NCBI GenBank assembly: GCA_030704615.1
Contig: CM060731.1
Location: forward strand, 33,666,001 to 33,730,000
From: Takakia lepidozioides
Taxonomy: Eukaryota; Plantae; Bryophyta
Length of the DNA: 64,000 nt
Reading direction: 5' to 3'
Positions 13,104 through 26,082 of this stretch are shown here, one piece after another. Every line of letters begins with the position of its first letter. Position 1 is the stretch's first letter. A program made the translations under genes and the position numbers. A model generated the notes under the pieces. It was not told where the DNA came from and ran no database searches. It saw only the letters and a program-made list of their open reading frames with translations.

Positions 13104-16100
13104 TCAGCTTGATTTGAATGTTTGCCCACCCTCAACTAATGATGAACCCAACTGTAACATTAGAGGGTATATGGGAGAGAACTCCTTATCTCCTCTTGCT
13201 CTAACTTTGGCTGCATATTCCTCCAGAGTCACTTTGATGCCTTTCCAGGCCTGCTCCTCACCTTGTGAATCCAACCATAAGGAGTACTGCTGAGGTGATA
13301 ATTTCGTCCGCTTCATTGGAGACTCCAACTCGTTGGGTGCTCGAGTGTACAAATGGTGGAGCACAATGCTGGGAGGTAACTCTTGGAGTAAGGGGCTGCT
13401 GGCAATTTCAGATGTTTCAAGAAAGATAAGGCGTCGGAATGCTCGAAGTGCACGATAAGAGGATGAAAGCTGTTCTACAGGGAAAAGATTTTGTCCCACA
13501 ACCAGCTCCAGCTCTGGCATATCTCTTGCCATTTGAAGCTTTCCTAACTCTGAGAGAGGCCGCACCATGGCAGCGTGTCTAACAAAAAACAAGAGGACAC
13601 GAGAGGCCATCCTTCTTGCCAGGCTGGCACAGATGGACTCCCCTGTTACAGGTACAGTAGCAGAAGGGGACCCGGGTAACAATCTAGACAAAAACTCGCT
13701 TCGGAAATGCATGATGGCCTTTTGCATGTCTTCCATGTACTTGGAGCTGCCATCACCGATGTCAGCATCCATAGACTCCAAACCACCAGTCTGGTCATGT
13801 ATTTGCAGAATGCAACTCTCAAGCTTCTCCACCATGGCCTTGAAGAGGGGTGTAATGCAATCAGATGCCACCCCATAAAGTGCACCTAGCGATGCCGAGA
13901 GGACTTCAGATGCTACAGGGGGAAAACCCACAATGATAGATGAAACTCGTGCATGCACATCCTGTAAATGAAGGCAGAGAGTGAAGTTTTTCAATTGCTG
14001 GGGAGTCGCAGGGCCAGTGATCTGCCGTGCATCCAAGCCTGTAGACGTCTGGACACACAGCACAGAAAGTTAAGAATGAAGCCTTAGAAAACATTGAGGC
14101 TCTGCCAGAAACATTTTTGGAGAAACTCAACAAGCTTCAGAGAAGACAGGTTTTGGAAGAACAGTGGCAGCTGGACAAGCAGACTACAGATTAAATTTTG
14201 TTGTTGGAACCGGCCCTACAGATGCCTCTGACAAAAGAACTCCATATGGATGTAAGTGGGGACAAGACAAATAAACCAAATAGAAATCTGGGGAGTTCTA
14301 ACAGAAGGCACAGCAGTCCATATGTATGAGAGTGCGTACCTGGTACTCAGCCTTCTCTGCAAGAAGCTGAAGAATCTTGCCAACTTCATGTAAGACCAAA
14401 AGTGTTAGCCTACCATCTGTCTTGACAGCTTCAACCTCTTCTTGGATGCATGAGACAAGCCTAGAAATTTGCTCTTGAGATGGGATACTTCCCCGAACTG
14501 CAGCTGGGAACATACTGTTGACAAGATCAGAAAGACGGCTCAGACACTTTCCCAAGTACGCAGTCTGGAATGGTTCCAGAGCTGCTGTCAGCTGATCTCG
14601 AGCTCCAGCCTTGATGGCAGGTGGCACTCCTTTCACATCTGTATCACGCACGAGCCTCTCAAGCAAGCCATCTGTCATTCCCAAAAGTTTGGGGTACCCT
14701 ACCACGAATGTTTCTTTTACAAAACTGGATGCTGTGAAAGCAGATTTCATCTGGCTTGCAAATGACTTCACCAATGCTTCCCACACCCGCTCTGTCAACA
14801 TTGGATCATTGGCCTGGAAAACAAGTGACAAAAGAGCATCACCTCCTTGTCAAATACGGTAGCTCTCTAAGGTTTCTTAATATCCCTGCTAGCCCGGGGT
14901 GCTCAACAGCAGGTACAAGATCAACACCACAAGAACAGAAAGAACTTACAGTTTTCAATACAGGCACACATATAAGGAACAATGTATGCCATACTCCCAT
15001 TCGACAAAATGACATCTTCATATGTAAGCAACGAACTTTATTGGTCAACATGTAAACAACGGAAGAAGGGAATGGCTAGACAGAATGCAAGTCACATTGC
15101 CTTTGCCTTACACCCTTTGCCTTTGCCTGCCCCTAATTAGTCCCATCTGCCATGGCACCCCCCACCAAACCTTAACTCTCTCTCTCTCTCTCTCCAAAGG
15201 CCAAACTGGCAAGGGCAAAGCGCTGAGTCTCACTAAATTTTTTCACTGCAGAGGGATTAACTCTGAGGTCAAGAAAACCTTACTTTGCCGCGTTATTAGA
15301 CCTGCCTTGGAGTACGGATCTGCTATATGGGTTGATAACTCCAACCAGGCTCAGTCTCTAGAATCCTTTCAAGTGGGGGTGCTTAAGGAGTGCATGTCAG
15401 CATGCTCCAAAACAGACAATGTGGCTGTTCGGGGTGAGTTTAGCATCCCTTCCTGACGAGATGAATTCAAGGTCAGATGGTGGGGTCAGTTGCAACACGT
15501 CCAACACCAGATACCATAAGTTAATCGACTCTATATCTTGGAAACAGGACCGCCCTGTCAAACAGGCTAAGTCCTGGCAGAAGAGATTGTACTCATAAGA
15601 CGTTGTTTGCCGTAGCCTTGTGGCCATTGACCCGCGCCCAGTTTGAGCGGGAACAAAAGGGACAGAACCTACCTCTGTCAGGGGCTGACGTTGGTAGTAA
15701 GACTTACCTCCATATAAAGAATTAATCCGGGTTTTCCAGATATCCTCTAGAAATCCCTTCACACAAGCATCAATCTGCTGTGTGTGATTTGTCCAAAAAC
15801 TAGGCCTCAGGAGGGCCTGGGCTTTTGGCTCAGCCTCGAGACTTTCAAAGTTGGTAAACAGGGGTACAGGCACAATTCCCTTAATAGATTTGAAGAGAGC
15901 GTCTCTTTGGTGAGAGAACCCCGGACAGTGTATCAGAAAATGAATACTGTCTTCAGATTGCCCACACAACAGGCAATTGCACTCTCCCTTTCCTCTCTGC
16001 TCCTGTTTGCTGTTCAAAGGTAGGCTTCCTGCCCTGAGTTTAAATTTCAGTCTAGTGCCGAGAGTGGGTAGACCCTTGAGGTCATCCAAGATGTCCTCCC

Positions 16101-19100
16101 CCACGTCACAGACTGGAAACAAGTTCAGGGAAGTTTTCTGCCTAACTTCTGCCTGGCAGAAGAGAGTAGAAGAGATTCTCAAGGATCTGAATCTGGACCC
16201 GGAAGTCTTGACCTTGCTGGATAAATCTGACTTAGAGACTGTAGTGTCCAAAGCCATGTCTGTTACCAGCAAATTGTCTGATGCAAATGAAGTTAGGCAG
16301 AAAACTTCCCTGAACCTGTTTCCAGTCTGTGACATGGGGGAGGATATCATGGATGACCTCAAGGGTCTACCCACTCTTGGCACCAGACTGAAATTTAAAC
16401 TCAGGGCAGGAAGCCTACCTTTGAACAGTAAACAGAAGCAGAGAGGACAGGGAGAGTGCAATTGCCTGTTGTGTGGGCAACCCGAAGACAATATTCATTT
16501 TCTGATTCACTGTCCGGGGTACTCTCACCAGAGAGAAGCTCTCCTCCAATCTATCAAGAGAATTGTGCCTGTACCTCTGTTTACCAACTTTGAAAGTCTT
16601 GAGGCTGAGCCAAAAGCCCAGGCCCTTCTGAGGCCTAGTTTTTGGGCAACTCACACACAGCAGATTGATGCTTGTGTGAAGGGATTTCTAGAGGATATCT
16701 GGAAAACCCGAATTAATTCTATTTATAAAGGTAAGTCTTACTACCAATGTCAGCCCCTGACAGACGTAGGTTCTGTCCCTTTGGTTTCCGCTCAAACTGG
16801 GCGCGGGGTCAATGGCCACAAGGCTACGGCAAACAACGTCTTATGAGTACATTCTCTCCAAAGGCCAGGTGGTCTTACTGGGTGACTTCCCTGGGTGCGT
16901 AAAGGTCTTCACCAGGATGACACCATTGGGCCTTTTGGTGAGGACGGGCTGATTCTAGTGGAAGACGGTTAATAAACTGCTTGGTACAACTTCAGCCTTT
17001 GACCTTAAATAATAGCTCCAATGGAGACCTTGTGCAGTGGACTCCTGAGAAAGCCCAAAGTGGGGAACGATCCATTGTGGATTATATCATAGTGCAGATG
17101 AATTTGTTTCCCCAGTCTGCCAATGTGTTGATTGACAGACTCATATTGGTACCTCTGACCACTGCCTCGTTTGGACTGGGATCAAAAGGTGTTTCCCCAA
17201 CACCAAGAGATCTGTGAAACGTTCGATTCAGATCAAACTCAAGATAGCTGAGAGACAAGTCCTCTATAAAGAGTGCTGCATTATGAAAGTCAACCAAGAA
17301 TTGTGGGCTAGGTACTACCAGATCCGCAAAGATATCAATCAGCTCGTAAGGTCTCAGAAGAAATTATATTGGGACAAGTTACACCAGTGAAATAAACTGA
17401 AATGACCATGGTGGTAATGACAAGAGATTCTCGTTGGCCCTTCAATGTCTGTACAAGCCGAAAAATTGTCACAAGTAGAAGCGCTGAGGACTACTAAGGG
17501 TGCAGTGGCGACCTCAACAGTTGACATTGTCAAAACCTTTGAAACTCACTACAGTACCCTCGGCAGAAATTCTAGGTCTAACAGTGAGGGGTGTCCTGAA
17601 GAATGGGAGGAAACAGTAGAAAAAACTGTTTCTATGATTCAAAACAGCCTGATGAACTGGAGTATATTTCAATGGGTTAGCACACTCCCATTAGTTCTTC
17701 TGAGATTGTGGAAGCAATTGAACATTTAAATGGATATAAAGCTGGTGGACCTGATGGTATTGTCAACGAGCTTATCAAGCACGGTGGCGATCCCATGATA
17801 GAGGCCCTAGTTCTCCTCTTTAACCTTATCTGGAAGACTGAAATGATCCCCTTTCGCTGGCGACAGGGGGTCATTGTCAATCTATACAAGAAGGGTGACA
17901 GAGAAGAACCGGGGAACTACCGTGGCATCACGCTCCTCAATGCTGTTGGCAAGACATTCTGCAGAGTTATAAGTACTCGTCTCGAGGTTGATCTGGAGTC
18001 TAGAGGTTGTTTCCACGAAGGCCAAGCTGGCTTTCGGCGAAACAGGGGCTGTGTGGATCATGTCTTCACTCTAAGCCCGATTATCCAGGGAAGGGAAAAA
18101 GAAGGGAAATCCACGTTTGTCTTTTTCTTGGATGTGAAGAAGGCTTATGACACAGTGTGGAGAGATGGTCTATGGCTCCGACTCTGGTCATCTGGGATCG
18201 AGGGAAAGATGTGGAGAGTGGTCCATAACTTGTATGCTCACACCAAAAGCTGTGTCACTGTTAATGGACAGAAGTCTAACTTCTTTGACATAGACCAAGG
18301 ATGTACCCTCTCCCCTCTGCTCTTCAATGTAGTCAAATTTAAACTCCGGGCAGGAAGCCTACCTTTGAACAGCAAATAGACGCAGAGAGGAAAGGGGGAT
18401 TGCAAATGCCCATTATGTGGTCAACCTGAAGACAAGATCCAATTTCTGATTCATTGTCCTGGGTACTCTCACCAGAGAGACACCCCCTTGAAATCCATCA
18501 AGGAAATTGTTCCTGTACCTCTGTTTACCAACTTTGAGAATCTCGAGGCTGAGCCCTTTTGGGGTCTAGTTATTGGGCAAATCCCACACAGCAGATTGAT
18601 GCCTGTGTGAAGGGTCTGAAAACTCGGATAATTGTCTATGTTCAAGGTAAGTCGTACTACAGGCGTCAGCCCCTGACAAAGGTAGTTTCTATCCCTTTGA
18701 GTTCCGCACAAACTGGGCACGAGATCAATGGCCACAAGGCTCCCGCAAACAACGTCTTAGGAGTACACACACACACACACTCTCTCTCTCTCTCTCTCTC
18801 TCTCCTATGGCAAAAGCACCATCTTATGATTACATCTGTGTGTGGTGTTGGCATATTTGTAGCAGCAATGTCTAAGTTCTGATGACCAGTCTATAATTGA
18901 TAAACAGTCTACTGCTGCCTCTTTCATCCATCAAGCAGTCTCATGAGCGATCTGTTTCTCACCTGCATAACCTGATCAAGAAATCCAACATGAGAAATTG
19001 GATCTCTTTTCTTTGATAGAACGCGCTGCAAGTGCCATACAGCGACCACAATGGCATGTAATTGATCCATGCACACTCCCATTCTTTGCCAGAGGCTCTC

Positions 19101-20105
19101 TCTGGCTCTGGTTCCACCAGCTTGAGGAATTCCACTCCTCTGCATATTTCCAGGCCCCAGAGAGCCACCAACACTTGCTGAAATCACCTTCATATCCAGC
19201 GCTACACTCACGCTCTTGACAGCAAGTCCTTTGTACTTGTTAATCAAGGACTCCACCGTGGACTTAAGCTCCCCCATATTATAATACACTTGCAAAATGC
19301 TCCCTACCTCCGCCTGATTGAGTGCCTCCATACCACTATCAAGCCCTTTCATTGCCTCACTCCTAATCTGGTTTCCAACCTCCAAGAGCCAGGGAACCTC
19401 TTCATCTACGACCTCTACAGCGGCCAGATCCGCTTCCTTTCGCAGGGTTTCTATCTCATTGTACAGCTGTGCAACTTTAGCAAGATCAGCTTTGGCACTG
19501 CCTGACTCCATCAGATCTCTTAGTCTTTTCAACAGCTTAAGGGCCCGGATCACAGATCTCAGAAGTTCAACGGTGTCATGGAGAGAGGCAAGCTGCTGGG
19601 ACTTCGCTTTGATTTGTTTGTATGGCTCCGCAATCTCCGACCGCACTCTCTGAGTTGAAGCCTGGAGGCTTTCAACGCCTGCCCTCACCACGGTGAGAAC
19701 ACTCTCCGTCTCCTTAAGGCTAGACAGCTGCTGCAGGAGCTCGTCATGCCTCAGAAAGACCTCATTCCTGAGCTGTTTCTCGAGTAGTTGTATACCTTCT
19801 TGCAATTTCTCAGATGAAGCTGCAGCTGATCCACTCCCGAGAGCCTCGCTCGCAAACTGTGTGACATTGAACTCATTCACGAGAAACTTGGAGAACACGC
19901 TATCCTTCTCAAACTCTTCTATGGCCGCCCGTGATGCTGCCTCTGCGGCTTCAGTCCCACTGGTTCCATTGGCTAATGCCGATCCATCTCTCTCATATCG
20001 AGAAGGAGAAAAAGTCCTGTAACTAGACAAACGTTGGAGTTGCCCAGATCCTGAGTTCGTCCTTTGGAAGGTGCTGGCCGCCCGCTGCAATACAGGAGTA
20101 GCCAT
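13104..20105 (-). CDS. COG5: Conserved oligomeric Golgi complex subunit 5; 3 exons (20105-18963, 14813-14340, 14048-13104)
   Basis: Long ORFs with plant COG5 signatures (VWHLQRVLSKKRDP; FVRHAAMVRPLSELGKLQMARDM; YRALRAFRRLIFLET) joined in phase by GT-AG introns. Confidence 0.93.
15204..16852 (+). mobile_element. 5'-truncated LINE copy B (post-RT region to 3' end), interrupted by copy C
   Basis: IRPALEYGSAIW post-RT motif and C-terminal CLLCGQPEDNIHFLIHC zinc knuckle. Flanked by a 15-bp direct repeat TCTCTCCAAAGGCCA (15189-15203, 16853-16867). Confidence 0.85.
15587..16151 (-). mobile_element. 5'-truncated LINE copy C, inserted antisense inside copy B
   Basis: Reverse complement of 16289-16851. 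Flanked by a 14-bp direct repeat CCTGGCAGAAGAGA (15573-15586, 16152-16165). Confidence 0.88.
16853..18780 (+). mobile_element. Decayed, internally deleted LINE copy A (APE endonuclease remnant, RT, zinc knuckle, (CA)n tail)
   Basis: VVLLGDF and SIVDYII (APE-like); KAGGPDGI..NYRGITLL..QAGFR..FLDVKKAYDTV..QGCTLSPLLF (RT), then a jump to the C-terminus with no YxDD. Followed by (CA)n(TC)n. Confidence 0.88.
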
Positions 20106-20505
20106 ATCCTTACCAAAACCTTAGCCCCTCCTCCTTAGTTGCTGGAATGTAGATCTAAGTCATATTCTAACTCTCGCCATCATTGTCCTCGTTCTTCTTG
20201 CTCTTTCTTCGTCTTCATCCTTTTTCTTGAGTTCTGTAACGCCATGCTCTAGTGGCAGCGTGTCTGCACCTAACAAGACCGAAGAGCGTGTCATAACAAT
20301 CCCCGTAAGAGATGTCTTACGGGAGAATCCCTGTGAGGTCCTTCCAGATCCTGGAAAAAGCAAGGTTCCTGCACCGACATATAATTATGATACATGTACG
20401 TATTAAAGAAATTTGCAGTGCTACAGACAGAACCAACAGACATGAAGGGCGTAGGAAAACTCTGCTGTGTAGATCTCAACAAATACAAAGGCAATTTACA
20501 GAATA

Positions 20506-23500
20506 CAAAGAAGGCCATGCTCGTCAGCTAACCCCAGGCCCCGCCAAGATTTCAATATCCCGGGATACATTCTTTAGGATATTCTGTGGCCTGGGGTTTC
20601 GGGCCTAGGGTGTGTAAAGAATCTTACTAGCCTAGGGGAGATTCTTAAGTAATTCTATAGCCTTAGGCCCCGGTCTAGGGTAGGGGGCTACCTTCAAATA
20701 TATAATCCGTATTGTATTAAATACGTAATGCATTTCCAGTATCAAGCGGGCTGCTGCCCGGGCAGGACACAAAAGGCCAGAATGGAGGGGTTTGCGCGAA
20801 GGTGCAAGAGCTTCGACGAGGAATGAGCGATCTTTCTCGATAGCCTAGAATTTCAAGAATGGCTTGTAAGTGTTGGTGTGTATGACGGAGCTAGCGATTC
20901 TTTGTTGAGTCCTGAGAATGAGAGCCTCGCTTGCTGGAGGCCTGCAGAGATAGCAGCTGCTGAAGGGCCTCGTTTCTCTTCGACGGTTTTAGCATGTTCT
21001 GTCCGGATACAGTGCCTCTATCTCTAGAAACATGATTGTTTATAAGAGGAAGTACTCCGGAGATGTTAGGGCTTGAGTCAATTCTCCACTGAATCAATAC
21101 GGTTTGTTTTATCGAGTCTCGCTTGTATGTGCATAACACATTGTTGGAGGAGGAACGAAAAGACAATTGCGAGGCAAAGAGTAATTCAATATTGGGCGCC
21201 TAACGAATCTTTATGATTAATTGTGGATGGTATGGATCAAAACACTACAATGGTTCCAAAGTTGCGTCAAACAATAAAAAAATATTATACAACGTTACGT
21301 TAAGACGCATTTGTGTGGTATACTAGTACATGGGTACGGATTATTCTCTGAGTTAGGGGTGGATGCCCACCACAAACATGACAGCAGTCAAGTTATAACA
21401 TCAAACATGAAATTGCTAACGACAGTCAAGACAGCCCGCGGTAAATTGTTTCCTAGATTGCGTATTCAAGCCGACAATTGTGGGCGAGAGAACAAAAACA
21501 AATAATTGATTGCGTTGTGTGCAAGTTTGGTTGCTTTGGGGTACTTTCGTGACATCCATATTGAATTTCTCATCGTTGGCCACACACATGAAGACATTGA
21601 TCAATGTTTTAGTGTTATCTCTAGGGTCTTGAAATGAATTGATATTTCATCAATAAAAGAGTTGCTCTCTTTGATACGCGAGGCAGGGGTAGGCAAATAA
21701 GAAAATATGTTTTTCAATCAATTGGAGAACATGGCAGATTGGAAAGAATATATAACACCACACTTGCAGACTGGACGCGATTCATTTATGGACATTCGTA
21801 AACCACATCATTTCAGGTTTTACATGAAAGACTGATTTCCTCAAGTGAGGGTACTTCATTTCTAAAGTCCATTCCGTGTCCAAGGTCGAAGCCTGGGTTT
21901 ACACATGCAGTCAGTCCTGCCGTTCCAAAAGAGATTGATACATTGTACAAATTCATTCGATTGAAGGAACAACAAGTAGAGCGACTCCAACATGTTACGT
22001 CAAATTTGGATGCAATTGAGGATGCAATTGAGGAGACCGTAAAACTGATTAATTACTTTGAGCATTTTCCAGCAAAAAATCGTACTGACGTTGCCAAAAT
22101 GACATTGTTTTGGCCTGATAATGAATAAGTGAACTAGATCGCATGGATGGGTCAAGCGCTGATATGGACGAAATGACTACACCTATTTTCCCTCTACCCA
22201 AGGTTGAGGATCACATAGCGACTCCGCGGTGGAAGGGAGTGTGTGAAACTGATTGCCTTGGGATGGGTCTTCCAAGACTCGTCAATATTTTGGTACAAGA
22301 CGCAATCACCCCAAAAGAAGATCATTTCAAGAATTTGATCCAAGGAGAGATGTAGAGGTTGGACATTTTGTGGGGGTACATATTGAAGAAGATCAAATAC
22401 AACTTAGAGTTCCATTTTGGGTGGGAAAAGTGATGAACAGGGATAGACAAACTCACGATGATGACAAAGTACAAATACTTTCTTCATATCCCAACGTTGG
22501 ACTTGGATCGGTTGAAGTGCTCTCGTATGATACGAACTCAACATTCCAATCTCCAGAACCGTATACCGCCATCTGGAGATGTCCCTCTGAACAAAAAAAC
22601 CTAACCAACCGAACCAACTGTCATGGCCGCATGTCAATGCAGTGAAACATATATTAAATGTGTACATACAATGACTGTTTACTAGATCACTGATTACTGA
22701 AAATAAGACATAAAAAACTTTATACTTGACAGATTTCCAGTACTTCCAGAGAGGCCATATCAAAAACTTTACCTAGCGTTACAAAGGAATTATAATAAAA
22801 CGTCCACCACTTCAGGGAGATAAAAATACATACTTGTTTTGCGAAGAATGAGTTCTCTCCGAAACCAGCTTTTGCTAGTTTTTCTATGTTACCATTGGCA
22901 TCATTCATGGAGTCAGAGCTGATCCAGGCCAAGACACTCTTTTTTTGGTTCGTTGGTTTGAGGATGTTGACCGGGATTTTCGGATTTTTTGTGACAATAA
23001 CCTCCATGCTGAGTGGAAGCTGCAAGTCTCATTGGGCTGATGCTAAAGTTAGGCCTTTGCAACAAGACGAATCTAGGAGCTGAAAACTTGCTATCAAATT
23101 CAGGAGAGTATAACTTGACATCACATTCGACAAGATTGTTCATCTGGACAATGTTGAAAGATTATGATGACCGTGTTTCAAAGGGTGAACGGAGATTGAA
23201 ATGGAGAATGACAAACGAAGAATGAAACTAAGCAAAAAATTAAGCTATCATTAGTTCTCACACCAAATGAATGTACTATCTCTCACACTCCATAGATGGA
23301 TGGAAATGATATGAAATCTCCATAGTTCTTTCATCATGCATTCATTCATAATTCATCCACTCATTTATACGTCGTTCACTCTCTTACTTGTTCTCAGTGT
23401 GTGAGCAATGCGAAGAGTGTAAAGGGCTTCTCTCTTTCAATTTGGCACACAACAAACTTGCTTCAAGATCACTTGGTAAGAATCGAGTTCTTTCATTGTG

Positions 23501-25982
23501 GCTAATTCAGAATACTTGTATCCAAAGATTTTTCCTGATTTTTCTTGCATATTTGGGGATGGTGTAATGTGGTTTGTGCAATTTTTTCATGTAACTTTAC
23601 TTTTGCAAAGAAGAATGTTAATAGTTGTGACATATTGATATGCACGTGCAATTTAATGTTGTCTGGACTCCATTGTACTCCATTGATTCTTACTTAGGCC
23701 ATCACCATCCAACTTAGATGGAATCACTTGAAATTAATCTCACGAAGTAGAAATAGAGGCAAAATCTCCATGGGAATAATTTCATTGCCACATCTGATAA
23801 TATTGGTGGTCTAAAATAAAATGGGCCCTTGGATCTATGTGTACGCACGAGTTTATCGTACCTTTTTAGAGTTTTTAAGTGCTCCCATGTCTCTAACATT
23901 TAGGATATGACAAACATGGAAATATGACTCATTGTTCTAGGATGGCATATGTGCTCGTGGGAATAATATAATTTGGATTGTGCAATTCTCTCATGCAACT
24001 CGTCTTTGCTGGGAAAAATGCCAATAGTTGTGACATACTGATGCATGTGCAATTCACTGTTGCATGACGTAATTCAATATTTCTTACTTCTATCACCATC
24101 TAGCTTTATAGATGGATTCACTCAAAAACCATGAAGTAGAGACAGAGGCAAATATATCTGAATAAATTTGAAACAACATTGAGATACCTCATGGAAATTG
24201 CTAGTTCTAGGCCTACACCTTCATATGATATGGAGGTGCTCCAGCTTTACAACTACAACTTTTGGACAGGGGAGAGAATGCAGAGCCAAATTAGGGTTAG
24301 AGACCAACAAACTGAGAAAGAAACTTTGACTGGTATCCATATTCCATTCTGATCTATGCAGGTGTAGGTAGCCAGCTAGCATTGCATCAGCCACTCATCC
24401 ACTCAATCATGGAGGATGAAGAGGATGATTTGCTTATGATTGCCTCAATACCGGGATACTCTAAGCCCTTAAGTGTCCCTGCTTGTTCTACAAAGGACAA
24501 GGAAACTAGGAGGCTCGGGTGTAGACCGCGGCTTGAGCCGTATCAATAAATTGAAGGCTCCTTATTTGGATCTTTGGCAGCAAATGCTAGGCCTAATGCT
24601 GCATCATTGCCTACAGATGCAATTTTGTCTTACATCCAGAGGTTGCAAGGTCCAAGTGACTCAACGGCAGACGCTGAACAGGATCATGGTAACAATTCAT
24701 TTGAGGAACACTACAGGCAAACCACATGTAAACCATGACATGTTTATCGCATCATCACCTAGGAGATGTTCTATCAGTGCAATCAACTGAAAAAGACCAT
24801 CAACCCTCAAGGACCAACAATGCATCAACTTCTAGTGCACGAATACTTTAAGCTGCTTTAGTAATGATAGTGGTTTTGAGGAACTTCTCTAAGGCCAACC
24901 TCCTCCATGGAGAGATGAACAAGCTAACAATATCTGTAACATATCTAGAAAAATGTTTATTGACCCTTTGGACCTACGGTTAATCCAACTATATGAGCAA
25001 TGGATTGGTTGCGACAAGAATCATTTTGACGCTCTATAGCGACAACAGGTTTTGGTCGGAACGTGGAATTGACTAAAAATGTAGTTGGGGATAGAAAAGT
25101 GTACTTTATAAGGAACTGGTATTTTAGGGGTCCTTAAACTTAAATACTTTTTTTCAAACCATGATGTATTATTTGGTATCCCGCAGACACAACAAAGAAA
25201 ATATGGACTTTTGCCCAGCATGATGTTATTCATTTCTTAAGCTCAATAAATATTTATGGAGATAAGTGGATGGATTCTTGTATATTGATGGAGGATAACA
25301 CGTTGAGGAATGTGAGTGTGTGACAACTCCAAAATACATGGAGGCAAATATTAAACTTTGTAACTGTCACTGAAACGGACTTACCTGAAGCTTGGGAAAG
25401 AAGCCCAGGTCAGAGTGGTCAGGTATGGATCCCTACATTGTAGTCTCCGACCCACATATACAATCAAGGCTTCTTTCGGGACTAGCTCTCTCAAAGCATC
25501 TCAGATCTGGCAGTCCCGGCTTCCATAACCTGATCCCTCACTCCCTCGTTTTAAAGACACCATAGCAAATATACGTACTCCTTGAACATATTCACAAACG
25601 ATCAGACCATTGATTTGAAATAGTGGGGAATCAGATGAAGAAGACATTTCCTATTGAATTAGAAAAATAGAGAAAAAGAGGGTGATACTTCAAGTGTAGA
25701 TCCTTGAAGAAGCTTGAGCATTTGAGGTGACATATGATTGCCTAACATGTGATACTGGAATTTCAAATACGTTATGTATTTAATACAAATATGGATTATA
25801 TATACATGAAGGTAGGGTCATAGGGTCCCAGGCCTAGGCTATAGAATTTCTTAAGAATCTCTCCTAGGCTAGTAAGATTCTTTACACACCCTAGGCCCGA
25901 AACCCCAGGCCACAGAATATTCTAAGAGTGATATTGGAATCTTCCCGGGCCTGGGGATAGATAACGAGCATGGCCTTCCCTG
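20506..25982 (+). mobile_element. Decayed DNA transposon with ~235-bp TIRs and TA flanks; DDD-type (Sola-like) transposase relic
   Basis: 20506-20744 is the imperfect reverse complement of 25750-25982, with TA on both outer sides (20504-5, 25983-4). Internal QADNCGRENKN (from 21467) and FLIVGHTHEDIDQCFS (~21566-21613) motifs are broken by stops. Confidence 0.8.
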
Positions 25983-26082
25983 TAGGTATTGTCTAGTGCC
26001 GAGGCTCGGCTCCCTCTTCGCTACTTTAGTCAGTGCCTCGCTCTTTCCTCGCTAATCCCCATTCTCCTGCTTGCAAGGGCAG

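Noticed and set aside
15587-16151. Twin-priming 5' inversion of a single LINE
   Set aside because: The inverted piece duplicates the 3' end and has its own 14-bp TSD, so it is a separate insertion.
15397-16846. Long overlapping ORFs of 364 aa (-) and 289 aa (+) as novel genes
   Set aside because: By-products of the inverted LINE insertion; half of each is antisense LINE sequence.
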